From: Deferribacterales bacterium
GTDB taxonomy: Bacteria > Chrysiogenota > Deferribacteres > Deferribacterales > Geovibrionaceae
Reading direction: 5' to 3'
Length of the DNA stretch: 64,000 nucleotides
Assembly: GCA_050251875.1 (NCBI GenBank)
Contig: JBFWMA010000005.1
Coordinates: 161,233 to 225,232 of the forward strand
Shown here piece after piece: positions 20,819-30,532 of the stretch (its first letter is position 1; every line of letters begins with the position of its first letter). The notes under the pieces were generated by a model. It did not search any database. It had not been told where the DNA came from and saw only the letters and a program-made list of their open reading frames with translations. The position numbers and the translations under genes are program-made.

Positions 20819-21712
20819 ATGAAAAATGAATTATTTAAGAGAGCATTGGGGAGCTATCTGGGTTTCGCTGTGGGAGACGCGCTGGGCGCCACCACAGAGT
20901 TTATGAATCCCAGAGAGATCAAGGTAGAGTTCGGAGTGCATAATAAAATAGTCGGCGGCGGCTGGCTTAAGCTGAGGGCAGGACGTGTTACAGACGACAC
21001 TGAGATGAGTCTGGCTCTGGGCGACAGCATAGTGGAGCGCAGAGGTTTTAATCTGAAAAGCGTTGCTGAGCACTATGTGAGATGGATGAAATCAAAACCC
21101 GTGGATATCGGTTCCACCGTCCGCAGGGGGCTGAGGGATTTCGTGGTGAACGGCACTCTGGTGTCTCCGGAATCTGAACAGTCAGCCGGAAACGGCGCCG
21201 CCATGCGCAATCTTCCGGTGATTCTGTACAGCTACAAGGACTGGACATATTTTGAGCGCATGTCTCTGGGGCAGGGGCGCATAACACATAACAACATACA
21301 TTCGGATGTCATCATGCTGATATTCGGCGAGATGATGAGAGAGCTTTTAACCACCGGAGACAAGCTGAAGGCTCTGGATATAGGCAACAGGATAGTACGG
21401 GAGAATCCGAAATATTCGTATTCTCACTACAAGGGCGAATGCTCCGGATATGTGGTGGATACGTTTAAAACGGTGATGAACTACTTCGCCGAGGGTGAGA
21501 CTTTTGAAGACACGCTGGTGCTGGTGGTGAACCAGGGCGGAGACGCCGACACCAACGGAGCGATAGCCGGAATGCTGGCGGGCGCTCTCTATGGGGTGGA
21601 TGAAATACCCGGTAAATGGCTTAAGAAACTGGACAGGGAAGTCGTGGACGCAATAAAACAACAGACGGAAACTCTTCTGGGTCTGGATGTGAGGTTGGAA
21701 GATGAGATTTGA
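20819..21712 (+). CDS. draG: ADP-ribosyl-[dinitrogenase reductase] glycohydrolase
   Basis: GFAVGDALGATTEFM, GGGWL.L.AG.VTDDTEMS, GNGAAMRNLP, VNQGGDADTNGAIAG. Confidence 0.92.
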   Translation: MKNELFKRALGSYLGFAVGDALGATTEFMNPREIKVEFGVHNKIVGGGWLKLRAGRVTDDTEMSLALGDSIVERRGFNLKSVAEHYVRWMKSKPVDIGSTVRRGLRDFVVNGTLVSPESEQSAGNGAAMRNLPVILYSYKDWTYFERMSLGQGRITHNNIHSDVIMLIFGEMMRELLTTGDKLKALDIGNRIVRENPKYSYSHYKGECSGYVVDTFKTVMNYFAEGETFEDTLVLVVNQGGDADTNGAIAGMLAGALYGVDEIPGKWLKKLDREVVDAIKQQTETLLGLDVRLEDEI

Positions 21713-22130
21713 AACAGGTAATCTTCTGGATTTTGTGGGAAAAGCTCCGGTGGTTATAACCACCAACGGCACAGTGAGAAAAAACGGCAAAGCGAATCTG
21801 GGATCCGGCAACGCCAAAGAGATGGGGGACGCTCATCCGTGGATCGAGACCAAGCTGGGGTGGCTGCTGGATCAGTTCGGAAACCATGTGCACTATCTGG
21901 ATGAGAATATAATCAGCTTCCCTGTGGAACACTCATGGCAGGAATACGCCGATATCGATCTGGTGAGGCGTTCGGCCATAGAGCTGGTGATGATGGCGGA
22001 TCAGTCCGGCTGGACTGACATATATATGCCTCTGCCCGGATGCGGCAAGGGCGGGCTGAGACCCAGCGATGTGATATCTGTTCTGGCACCTATTCTGGAC
22101 GCCAGGTTCATCGTTCTGAACAAAGAATGA
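21702..22130 (+). CDS. Macrodomain / ADP-ribose-binding protein (DarG/TARG1-like)
   Basis: GNLL...VITTNG...LGSGNA, IISFPVEHSW, MPLPGCGKGGL motifs; overlaps the draG stop by 11 nt. Confidence 0.75.
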   Translation: MRFETGNLLDFVGKAPVVITTNGTVRKNGKANLGSGNAKEMGDAHPWIETKLGWLLDQFGNHVHYLDENIISFPVEHSWQEYADIDLVRRSAIELVMMADQSGWTDIYMPLPGCGKGGLRPSDVISVLAPILDARFIVLNKE

Positions 22131-22154
22131 GAGCATACATTATATAGTGATGAT

Positions 22155-22180
22155 AAAGGACGCTTCGGCGTCCTTTTTTT
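22155..22180 (+). terminator. Intrinsic terminator after the draG-macrodomain pair
   Basis: AAAGGACGC-TTCG-GCGTCC-T7. Confidence 0.9.
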
Positions 22181-22242
22181 GTTTATGTGACAAAAAAACA
22201 TCACTGATGCAATTTTAATCATCAATGAGCATAATTTGAATA

Positions 22243-22258
22243 TGTAATAAATATGACA
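22243..22258. promoter_or_regulatory. NifA UAS candidate 1 (TGT-N10-ACA)
   Basis: TGT-AATAAATATG-ACA upstream of nifH. Confidence 0.55.
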
Positions 22259-22374
22259 TTCATGTTTTATTTATTGGATAGCGGCACGGGTCAGACACGG
22301 CTTACCATACAAAAATAACCATCGGTTTAACGTTGTAATAACTAAGATTGGCTGTGGCAGGGGCTTTCAGGCGT

Positions 22375-22390
22375 TGTCATTAATATTACA
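22375..22390. promoter_or_regulatory. NifA UAS candidate 2
   Basis: TGT-CATTAATATT-ACA, extended to TTGT...ACAA. Confidence 0.7.
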
Positions 22391-22415
22391 AACAAAAAAT
22401 ATCAATAATGGTTAA

Positions 22416-23423
<1,008 letters not shown>

Positions 23424-23545
23424 TACGATAAAAAGATCTCTTTAGTGCCTTTCCTATCCGGCGCGCGGCTTGCCGGATTCTTCAGACACTTCAGAGACTC
23501 TCTTAGAACAGTGCAACGAAGACGAAATAATACGAGGTTTATTAT

Positions 23546-24988
23546 ATGGCTAATAAAACTGTAAAAGACCACGGCGTAGAGGTTATGGAGGAGATCCTTA
23601 ACGGATACAACGATGGTACAAAGAAAGATAGAAAGAAAAAACTGGAAGTTGTCGAAGGCGAGACTGATAAGTCCTGCATCGTAGCCAACAGAAAAATCCG
23701 CCCCGGCGTTATGTCTATGAGAGGATGCGCTTATGCGGGAGCGAAAGGTGTGGTTTTCGGACCCATCAAAGACATGATACACATCAGCCACGGTCCCGTA
23801 GGCTGCGGACAGTACTCATGGGCAGCCAGACGTAACTTTGCAAACGGTATCCCCGGCATAGATAACTATGTCACTATGCAGATTACATCTGACTTTCAGG
23901 AAAAAGACATCGTTTTCGGCGGAGATAAAAAACTTACAAAACTGATACAGGAAGCAAACGAGCTCTTCCCTCTTAACAAAGGTGTTTCAATCCTTTCAGA
24001 GTGCCCCATCGGTCTGATCGGTGACGACATCGAGGCTGTTGCCAGAGCCACAGCCAAAGAGATAGACAAACCTGTAATCCCCTGCCGCTGTGAGGGATTC
24101 CGCGGTGTTTCCCAGTCTCTGGGTCACCACATCGCCAACGACTCTCTGCGTGACTGGATATATGAAGCCGAAGTTAAGGGTGTGGAAGTAGAGGACAGCC
24201 CCTACAACATCGCTCTGATAGGCGACTACAACATCGGCGGTGACGCATGGTCTTCAAGAAAAATCCTTGAGGCTATGGGGCTCAAAGTTGTTTCCCAGTC
24301 AACAGGCGACTCAACAGTGAGCGAGATCGCCAACCTTACACAGGCTAAAGTAGTGCTGATCCACTGCTACCGTTCAATGAACTACATCTCAAGATATGTA
24401 GAAGAAAAATTCGGTATTCCGTGGGTTGAGTTCAACTTCTTCGGACCTACTCAGATTGTTAAAAGCATGCGTAAAATCGCTGCTATGTTCGATGAGACTA
24501 TTCAGAAGAAAACAGAAGAGCTCATCGAAAAAGAGTACATGCCCGCTTTCCAGAAGATCGTGGACAAGTACAAACCCAGACTCGAAGGCAAACAGTGTAT
24601 GCTCTTCGTGGGCGGTCTTCGTCCCAGACACACCATCCCCGCTTTCCGCGATCTTGGTGTAGAGGTGACTATCACCGGTTACGAATTTGCCCACAATGAC
24701 GACTATGCCAGAACTCTGGAATATGTCGAAAACACAACCTTCATGGTTGACGACATGAACGAATACGAAATGGAGAAACTCCTCGAAACCTTCAAACCCG
24801 ACCTGGTCGGTTCCGGTATCAAAGAGAAATACTCCACACAGAAGTCAGGTATTCCCTTCCGTCAGATGCACTCATGGGACTACTCAGGACCCTATCACGG
24901 TGTTGACGGCTTCGCGGTATTCGCCAGAGACATGGACATGGCAGTAAATGGTGCTGTTTGGAAAAAACTGACACCTCCGTGGAAATAA
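23546..24988 (+). CDS. nifD: Nitrogenase MoFe protein alpha chain
   Basis: [31 protein letters not shown]; 480 aa. Confidence 0.99.
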   Translation: MANKTVKDHGVEVMEEILNGYNDGTKKDRKKKLEVVEGETDKSCIVANRKIRPGVMSMRGCAYAGAKGVVFGPIKDMIHISHGPVGCGQYSWAARRNFANGIPGIDNYVTMQITSDFQEKDIVFGGDKKLTKLIQEANELFPLNKGVSILSECPIGLIGDDIEAVARATAKEIDKPVIPCRCEGFRGVSQSLGHHIANDSLRDWIYEAEVKGVEVEDSPYNIALIGDYNIGGDAWSSRKILEAMGLKVVSQSTGDSTVSEIANLTQAKVVLIHCYRSMNYISRYVEEKFGIPWVEFNFFGPTQIVKSMRKIAAMFDETIQKKTEELIEKEYMPAFQKIVDKYKPRLEGKQCMLFVGGLRPRHTIPAFRDLGVEVTITGYEFAHNDDYARTLEYVENTTFMVDDMNEYEMEKLLETFKPDLVGSGIKEKYSTQKSGIPFRQMHSWDYSGPYHGVDGFAVFARDMDMAVNGAVWKKLTPPWK

Positions 24989-25006
24989 TTTTAGAGGGAG
25001 CATAAC

Positions 25007-26515
25007 ATGAGCGAAAAAGCAAAAGACCACGTTTCTTTATTTGATGGTAAAGAATATCAGGAGATGTTCGAGGACAAGAAACAGTACGAGAACGTTGAGA
25101 CTGATGAAAAAATAAAAGAGACTCTTGAGTGGACAAAAACAAAAGAGTACAGAGACCTGAACTTCGCCAGAGAAGAGCTGACTATCAACCCTCTGAAGGC
25201 TTGCCAGCCTCTGGGCGGTCTGTATGCGGCTATCGGATTTGAGGACACAATGCCCTTCGTGCACGGTTCACAGGGCTGCGCTTCCTACTTCCGTTCACAC
25301 TTTATGCGTCACTTCCGCGAGCCCTTCCCCACATCATGCGATGCCATGACAGAGGACGCGGCGGTTTTCGGCGGACACAACGCTATGTATCTGGGTCTGC
25401 AAAACACATATGAGCTCTATAAGCCCAAGATGATAACTATGGTGACATCATGCATGTCAGAGGTTATCGGTGACGACATGAACTCCTTCGTGAAAAACGC
25501 GAAAGAGCAGGGATTCATCCCCAATGATCTCCCCGTGACATTTGCTCACACACCTTCATTCGTTGGATCTCACGTAGTGGGTTACGACAACACTATGATG
25601 CACATCCTTCAGCAGATGGGTCAGAAGAGAGATCACAAAACTGACAAGATCAACGTTATCATGGGATTCGACACATATATCGCCAACTTTGAGGAGATCA
25701 AAAGAATCTTCGCACTGTTCGGCGCAGAGATCAATCTGCTCTCTGACCCCTCAGAGACACTGAACTCACCCACCGACGGACATTACAAAATGTACAGAGG
25801 CGGCACAAAGCTGGACGATCTGAGAGACGCTCCCAATGCTAAAGGCACTCTGATGCTTCAGAAATATTCCACTCTGAAAACAGTGGAGTTCATAGAAAAA
25901 GAGTGGGGACAGCCTGTTAAAGTGGTTAACCCCTATGGTATCGAAGGATCTGACGACCTGATGATGGCTATCAGTGAACTGACAGGCAAGCCTGTTCCCG
26001 CTGAGCTGGAATATGAAAGAGGTCAGCTTCTGGACGCCATCGCCGACTCATACTACTGGGTACACGGCAAAACTTGCGGTATCAACGGCGACCCCGACAT
26101 GGCTTACGGTCTTTCCAGATTCGTGACAGAGATGGGCGCTGAGCCTGTTCATGTTCTGGTTACCAACGGATCTAAAGAGTGGGAAGCAGACACAAAAGCT
26201 ATGCTCAGCAAGACTGAGTTCGGCAAAGAAGCCCAGCTGTGGCCCGGAAAAGACATGTGGCACTACCGCTCACTGCTTTTCACAGAGCCCGTTGACTTCA
26301 TCATCGGCAACTCATACGGCAAATATCTTGAAAGAGACACAGGAATCGCCCTCGTAAGAATCGGCTTCCCTCTTCAGGACAGACACCACCTGCACAGATA
26401 TCCTACAATAGGATACAAAGGCGGCGTACAGATGCTTACATGGATCGTTAACAGAGTCCTTGACGATGTTGATAAAAAGACCATGTACACAACAAGCTAC
26501 GACATCCTTCGCTAA
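25007..26515 (+). CDS. nifK: Nitrogenase MoFe protein beta chain
   Basis: INPLKACQPLG, HGSQGCASYFR, MTEDAAVFGG, YDILR C-terminus. Confidence 0.99.
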   Translation: MSEKAKDHVSLFDGKEYQEMFEDKKQYENVETDEKIKETLEWTKTKEYRDLNFAREELTINPLKACQPLGGLYAAIGFEDTMPFVHGSQGCASYFRSHFMRHFREPFPTSCDAMTEDAAVFGGHNAMYLGLQNTYELYKPKMITMVTSCMSEVIGDDMNSFVKNAKEQGFIPNDLPVTFAHTPSFVGSHVVGYDNTMMHILQQMGQKRDHKTDKINVIMGFDTYIANFEEIKRIFALFGAEINLLSDPSETLNSPTDGHYKMYRGGTKLDDLRDAPNAKGTLMLQKYSTLKTVEFIEKEWGQPVKVVNPYGIEGSDDLMMAISELTGKPVPAELEYERGQLLDAIADSYYWVHGKTCGINGDPDMAYGLSRFVTEMGAEPVHVLVTNGSKEWEADTKAMLSKTEFGKEAQLWPGKDMWHYRSLLFTEPVDFIIGNSYGKYLERDTGIALVRIGFPLQDRHHLHRYPTIGYKGGVQMLTWIVNRVLDDVDKKTMYTTSYDILR

Positions 26516-26521
26516 GAGCCT

Positions 26522-26737
26522 ATGAAGGTAACATTAAATACAAAAGGGGACGTATACACAGTATACGTCCCTAAAAAAGACATGGAACAAATAGTGGTTT
26601 CCATCGACACCAAGGGTGCCGGCTGGGGCGGAGAATTTACCCTGGCTAACGGCTGGATACTGGAGATCGAAGCATTCGACACAGTGCCGCCGCTGCCCAA
26701 GACAGTGGAAGCTAAACTGCTCAGCAGAGGAGAGTAA
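26522..26737 (+). CDS. nifT: NifT/FixU protein
   Basis: YVPKKDMEQ.VV...WGG...LANGW...LPKTVEAK. Confidence 0.9.
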   Translation: MKVTLNTKGDVYTVYVPKKDMEQIVVSIDTKGAGWGGEFTLANGWILEIEAFDTVPPLPKTVEAKLLSRGE

Positions 26738-26758
26738 CGCCTCCTCAAGGAGATACAC

Positions 26759-28129
26759 ATGAGACTGGCAATCCAGCAGCTGACAGAAGAACCGTCCTGT
26801 GACCATAATCAGAAAAAGACCGCAGAGCAGAAAAAAAACGCCTGCAAAAAACCCACGCCCGGAGCAACAGCCGGGGGCTGCGCCTTTGACGGCGCCCAGA
26901 TAGTCCTCGTGCCCATCGCTGACGCGGCACATATAATCCACGGACCCATGACCTGTACCGGACAGAGTTACAACAACAGAGGTACCAGAACAGATAAAGG
27001 AAACTTTCATCAGTATGGGTTCACAACGGATCTTTCTGAACTGGACATAGTTTTCGGAGCTGAAAAAAAGCTGAAGGACTCAGTCAGATATGTAGTGCAA
27101 AAATTTTCGCCCAAGGCAGTGTTTATATATTCAACATGCGTTACAGCCATGTCGGGCGAAGATATAGGAGCGGTCAGCAAGGAGATGCAGGAGGAGCTTA
27201 ATGTCCCAGTCATCCCCGTTGACTCCCCCGGATTTTCCGGAAGCAAGAACCTCGGCAATAAATTTGCCGGATTCTCACTGATGAACCACGTCATCGGCAC
27301 AAAAGAACCGGAGAAGATTCCCATGTTTCCCATAAACCTCATCGGCGAATACAACATTGCCGGCGAGCTTTATCAGGTGGAGCCGCTCTTTAACGAGTTG
27401 GGGATCACTCTCTTTTCGAAGATGACAGGCAACGCCGGCTATGACGAAATATGCCACGCTCACAGGTCGAAACTGTCCGTGGTGATATGCAGTCAGGCGC
27501 TCATATCCCTCGCCCGCCAGATGAAGGACAAATATGAGATTCCTTTTATGGAGGGATCATTCTATGGCATGGGCGAAACCAGAAAAACTCTGGTGAAAAT
27601 AGCTGAAAATCTGGGAAGCGATATCCTGAAGAAGAGAGCCGAAGAGCTCTGCGACAGAAAAGAGAAGGAAACATACGATCTGCTGGCGCCCTATCTGCCT
27701 ATTCTGAAAGGTAAGAGAGTGCTGGTGTACACAGGCGGTGTCAAGAGCTGGTCTGTTCTTAATCAGCTCGAGGAGCTGGGTATGGAAGTGGTAAAATCCA
27801 GCACCAGAAAATCCACAGAAGACGACATCGCCAGAATACTGGAATATTTCGAGGGCAACGAAGACGGTCTGATGCCTAAAGGTGACGGCAAGACCATTCT
27901 GAATCTGATGAAACAGTATGACGCCCATCTGCTGCTGGCAGGCGGACGGAACATGTATAACGCCATGAAGGGCAAAGTTCCCTTTGTGGATGTGAACCAG
28001 GAGAGGCACTTCGCATTCGCCGGATATGACGGCACGGTGGAGCTCGCCAGACGGCTGGTATACACACTCACATCACCTGTTTTTGAAGTGACCACAAGAC
28101 CTGCCCCCTGGGAGGTGTCATTTGGTTAA
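26759..28129 (+). CDS. nifE: FeMo-cofactor scaffold NifE
   Basis: GGCAFDGAQI, FIYSTC, GSKNLGN, YTGGVKSWS, APWE end. Confidence 0.97.
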   Translation: MRLAIQQLTEEPSCDHNQKKTAEQKKNACKKPTPGATAGGCAFDGAQIVLVPIADAAHIIHGPMTCTGQSYNNRGTRTDKGNFHQYGFTTDLSELDIVFGAEKKLKDSVRYVVQKFSPKAVFIYSTCVTAMSGEDIGAVSKEMQEELNVPVIPVDSPGFSGSKNLGNKFAGFSLMNHVIGTKEPEKIPMFPINLIGEYNIAGELYQVEPLFNELGITLFSKMTGNAGYDEICHAHRSKLSVVICSQALISLARQMKDKYEIPFMEGSFYGMGETRKTLVKIAENLGSDILKKRAEELCDRKEKETYDLLAPYLPILKGKRVLVYTGGVKSWSVLNQLEELGMEVVKSSTRKSTEDDIARILEYFEGNEDGLMPKGDGKTILNLMKQYDAHLLLAGGRNMYNAMKGKVPFVDVNQERHFAFAGYDGTVELARRLVYTLTSPVFEVTTRPAPWEVSFG

Positions 28130-29429
28130 GGTAATAGAAAAACCCCTTGCGGTGAACCCGCTGAAAAAGAGCCAGATAATGGGCGCTATAACCGCCTTTC
28201 TGGGGATGCACAGAGTTATGCCTCTGGTGCACGGAGCGCAGGGGTGCATGGCATTTACAAAGAACTTTCTCACACAGCACTTTCGCGAGGTAACCCCCAT
28301 GCAGAGTACTGCTGTGTTCGATATAGCCACCATCATAGGCGATGATTCCAACCTGCATCAGGGCATCGCCAACGTAATAGACAAACAGAACCCCGACTTC
28401 ATCGGGCTGGTGACCACCGGAATGACAGAGGTCAGAGGCGATGATATGAAGGGATCGCTGTTCCGCTTCAGAGAGAAATATCCGCAGTATTCAGAGACCC
28501 CCGTGGTTTCTGTCGCCACTCCGGATTTCAAGGGAGACGCGGAGACCGGATTTGCCGCCGCTGTGGCGGTGACTCTTTCCACTCTGCTTCCGATGGAGCC
28601 TGTGCGGGACTACAGAACCAGAAAACTGATAAACATTCTGGCGGGAATGCATCTGAACGCCGCCGACATAGACTGGATCAGACGTGTGTTTGAGGATTTC
28701 GGACTGGAAGTAATCATCCTTCCGGATATATCATCCAGCATGGGCGGACAGGTCACCAGATTTTACACACTGCCGGAAGAGGGTACTACTGTCGATATGA
28801 TACGCCGGATGGCGCAGGCGGATTTCACCATCGCCATCGGCGGATGTATGGAGCAGGCGGCGGACGTTCTGCTGGAAAAATGCTGCATCCCTTATAAAAA
28901 ATTCGACAGCCTCACAGGCATAACATATTCAGACGAGCTGATATCATGGCTGATGGACTACACAGGCAGACCTGTGCCACAATGGCTGAAAGTGCAGAGA
29001 CAGAGGGGCGTGGACGCTCTTCTGGACGCTCACTTCTCTTTCGGCGGAAAGGTATGCTCTATAGCCGCTGAGCCCGATCTGCTCTACAGTCTGGGCAATT
29101 TTATCACCAAAGAGATGGGGATAAAGCTGGAATGTGCCGTGACAACATCCAGACACGGAGCCTTCGAGTCGCTGGACGCTGAGAATATCATCATGGGGGA
29201 TCTGGACGATCTGGAGGAATATTCCAAAAACTCAGATTTCATACTGGCTAACTCCAACGCCGTGCCGATGTGCCACAGAACGCATCAGCCTCTTTATAAA
29301 GTCGGCTTTCCGATTAAGGATCAGTTCGGGCATTTTCACAGGGCATTTGTGGGCTATGCTGGTGTTATGCAGCTCGCTTTTGATATAGGAAACATCTGTC
29401 TGACGCTGGACATAGAAAAGTCACACTAA
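28122..29429 (+). CDS. nifN: FeMo-cofactor scaffold NifN
   Basis: AVNPLKKSQ, HGAQGC..F...HFRE, GDLDDLE; TTG start after GGAGGT. Confidence 0.95.
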   Translation: MVKVIEKPLAVNPLKKSQIMGAITAFLGMHRVMPLVHGAQGCMAFTKNFLTQHFREVTPMQSTAVFDIATIIGDDSNLHQGIANVIDKQNPDFIGLVTTGMTEVRGDDMKGSLFRFREKYPQYSETPVVSVATPDFKGDAETGFAAAVAVTLSTLLPMEPVRDYRTRKLINILAGMHLNAADIDWIRRVFEDFGLEVIILPDISSSMGGQVTRFYTLPEEGTTVDMIRRMAQADFTIAIGGCMEQAADVLLEKCCIPYKKFDSLTGITYSDELISWLMDYTGRPVPQWLKVQRQRGVDALLDAHFSFGGKVCSIAAEPDLLYSLGNFITKEMGIKLECAVTTSRHGAFESLDAENIIMGDLDDLEEYSKNSDFILANSNAVPMCHRTHQPLYKVGFPIKDQFGHFHRAFVGYAGVMQLAFDIGNICLTLDIEKSH

Positions 29430-29431
29430 AA

Positions 29432-29461
29432 AGATTGCTTCACCTGATGGTTCGCAATGAC
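29432..29461. repeat. Short palindromic repeat AGATTGCTTC...TCGCAATGAC
   Basis: Related copies at 37863-37890, 37903-37935 (inverted) and 19777-19803. Confidence 0.7.
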
Positions 29462-29545
29462 GGGAAGTAGAAATATACAACAGACAGAGGGTCGTTTAGT
29501 GTCTCTGACGGGGATATTGGACGGTCTTCTCAAAGGGAGAAAGAG

Positions 29546-29932
29546 ATGAAGATAGGATTCTGTACAAATGACATGAAAAACGTGGACGAACACTATGGCA
29601 GAGCCACAAAAGTAGCTATCTATGAGATAGATGAAAAAGGCTACAGTCTGGCTGAGGTCAGAGAGTTCGCCGCACAGGAAGACGGAACAGAACACAAGCT
29701 GGACACAGGTTCCAAGGCGGAGGCGCTGAACGACTGCGCCATCCTGTATGTGCTCCAGATAGGCGGACCGGCAGCGGCGCATGTTATCAAAAACAAGATA
29801 CACCCTGTTAAGGTTCAGGATCCCATGCCCATAGACGAGATACTGGAAAACCTGAAAACCACTCTGGGAGGCAACCCCGCCCCCTGGCTGAAAAAAGCTC
29901 TCTACAGAGACAAAGCCCCCGAGGGTATGTAA
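29546..29932 (+). CDS. nifX: NifX FeMo-cofactor precursor carrier
   Basis: NVDEHYGRA..VAIYEI, L.DCAILY..QIGGPAAA, PAPWLKKAL. Confidence 0.93.
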   Translation: MKIGFCTNDMKNVDEHYGRATKVAIYEIDEKGYSLAEVREFAAQEDGTEHKLDTGSKAEALNDCAILYVLQIGGPAAAHVIKNKIHPVKVQDPMPIDEILENLKTTLGGNPAPWLKKALYRDKAPEGM

Positions 29933-29933
29933 T

Positions 29934-30362
29934 ATGGCGAAGAGCTTCAGAGAGGTTATCACGGCTAAACTGCGCTCTTTTGACGCCCACGGCACATGGA
30001 AGAACATAGCCGATGAAAAACTGCTTGCCAGATATTTTGTAGTAACCAAAGAGGATAAGAAAAATATAGACGCCTTCGGTCCTATGTCTCCTGAGACAGT
30101 GGCGAAGATCAGGCTCTATTACGAGGCGGTGGCTCAGACCGTTGAGGAAAACTGCGGGCGTATTATCGTGACCGCTCTCGACATAAATACCGAAGGTTTC
30201 GGCAGGGCTCTTCTGATAGACGAAGACTATATCCTGCTTCAGAAGGTGCATAGAAACGCTCATAAATTCGGATTTGAGAATCTGGACGAGATGTCTGAGG
30301 AGGGCGAAAAGCTGACCGCAAAGGCTCTTGTAAATTCGAAAAAATTTGGTCTTATCGACTAA
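29934..30362 (+). CDS. NifX-associated protein (DUF269-like)
   Basis: LRSFDAHGTW....DEKLL..Y.VTKE, NTEGFGR, HKFGFE; follows nifX. Confidence 0.85.
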   Translation: MAKSFREVITAKLRSFDAHGTWKNIADEKLLARYFVVTKEDKKNIDAFGPMSPETVAKIRLYYEAVAQTVEENCGRIIVTALDINTEGFGRALLIDEDYILLQKVHRNAHKFGFENLDEMSEEGEKLTAKALVNSKKFGLID

Positions 30363-30389
30363 TCACTCACCTATAGTATGTATATCTAT

Positions 30390-30420
30390 GAAAAAGGCGG
30401 CCAGATGACCGCCTTTTTTG
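30390..30420. terminator. Bidirectional terminator ending the nif operon
   Basis: AAAAAGGCGG-CCAGATGA-CCGCCTTTTTT; near-identical copy at 49227-49257. Confidence 0.85.
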
Positions 30421-30442
30421 TGTATTCATTATTATTTTTACT

Positions 30443-30518
30443 CCCTCCTTTTTTAAAGGAGGGTTGGGGTGGATTTCTTATTAGAAATATCCCCTAGCCC
30501 CTCTCTGCCAAAGAGGGG
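30443..30518. repeat. REP-like inverted doublet
   Basis: CCCTCCTTT-TT-TAAAGGAGGG-TTGGGG paired with CCCCTAG-CCCCTCT...AGAGGGG. Confidence 0.5.
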
Positions 30519-30532
30519 AACAGTAAATTTGC

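Noticed and set aside
22186..22200. Fourth NifA UAS
   Set aside because: The spacing is TGT-N9-ACA, not N10.
23546..26515. Alternative V- or Fe-only nitrogenase
   Set aside because: There is no vnfG/anfG between D and [10 protein letters not shown] and nifEN/nifX indicate the Mo enzyme.
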